A stretch of DNA of 64,000 nucleotides. Origin: Octopus sinensis (lineage: Eukaryota). How positions within the stretch are numbered: the stretch's first letter is position 1; each line of letters starts with the position of its first letter. Below are positions 63,791 through 64,000 of the stretch, piece after piece. The stretch spans positions 2,356,001 through 2,420,000 of the forward strand of contig NC_042998.1 of NCBI RefSeq assembly GCF_006345805.1, in the 5' to 3' direction. The position numbers and the translations under genes are program-made. The notes beneath the pieces were generated by a model. It searched no databases. It was not told the DNA's origin and saw only the letters and a list, made by a program, of their open reading frames with translations.

Positions 63791-64000
63791 AGTATTGGAT
63801 TCTTTTCATCAAAAAATGACTTTAATTCCTGGAAACGTGGATTTATCGTACCACAGAGCTATGACACAACCCCTCTCCTATTACCAAATGAATTATATAT
63901 TTGTACTATTAACAACTTGTTCCATCTCATTCTGATGATGTTCTATTGAGTTGATTTAAGGTTAATGTTCTGGCTAACGCAGGAAACCTTAGAAATCTAT

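Overview
AT-rich animal genomic DNA, most likely from a coleoid cephalopod (Octopus), judged from the recurring SINE families, RTE tails and microsatellites. No host protein-coding gene can be called with confidence. Nearly all long ORFs in the track are microsatellite or SINE read-through. The window is a layered transposon graveyard: several tRNA-headed SINE families with swapped tails, RTE LINE 3' ends (one with a PHD-like zinc finger inside the RT), CR1 and Penelope-like remnants, Gypsy gag/protease, a solo LTR with a 5-bp TSD, mariner/Tc1/maT, hAT, piggyBac plus TTAA MITEs, a Tigger-like MITE and a Helitron. The most unusual structures are foldbacks. (1) 49714-49974 is a diverged but almost gap-free ~120-bp-arm hairpin with a consensus minus-strand splice donor at the base of its loop (candidate A-to-I editing duplex, pri-miRNA or hairpin RNA). 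(2) 50216-50435 is a near-perfect 103-bp-arm palindrome about 240 bp away. (3) 1797-2076 is an element with perfect 64-bp inverted repeats built of nested palindromes, inserted into the (TA)n tract of a SINE. A CpG-retaining promoter-like region with a full CRE lies at about 55740-56350. All alignments and counts were made by eye, no database search was run, and SINE family letters (A-D) are my own labels.
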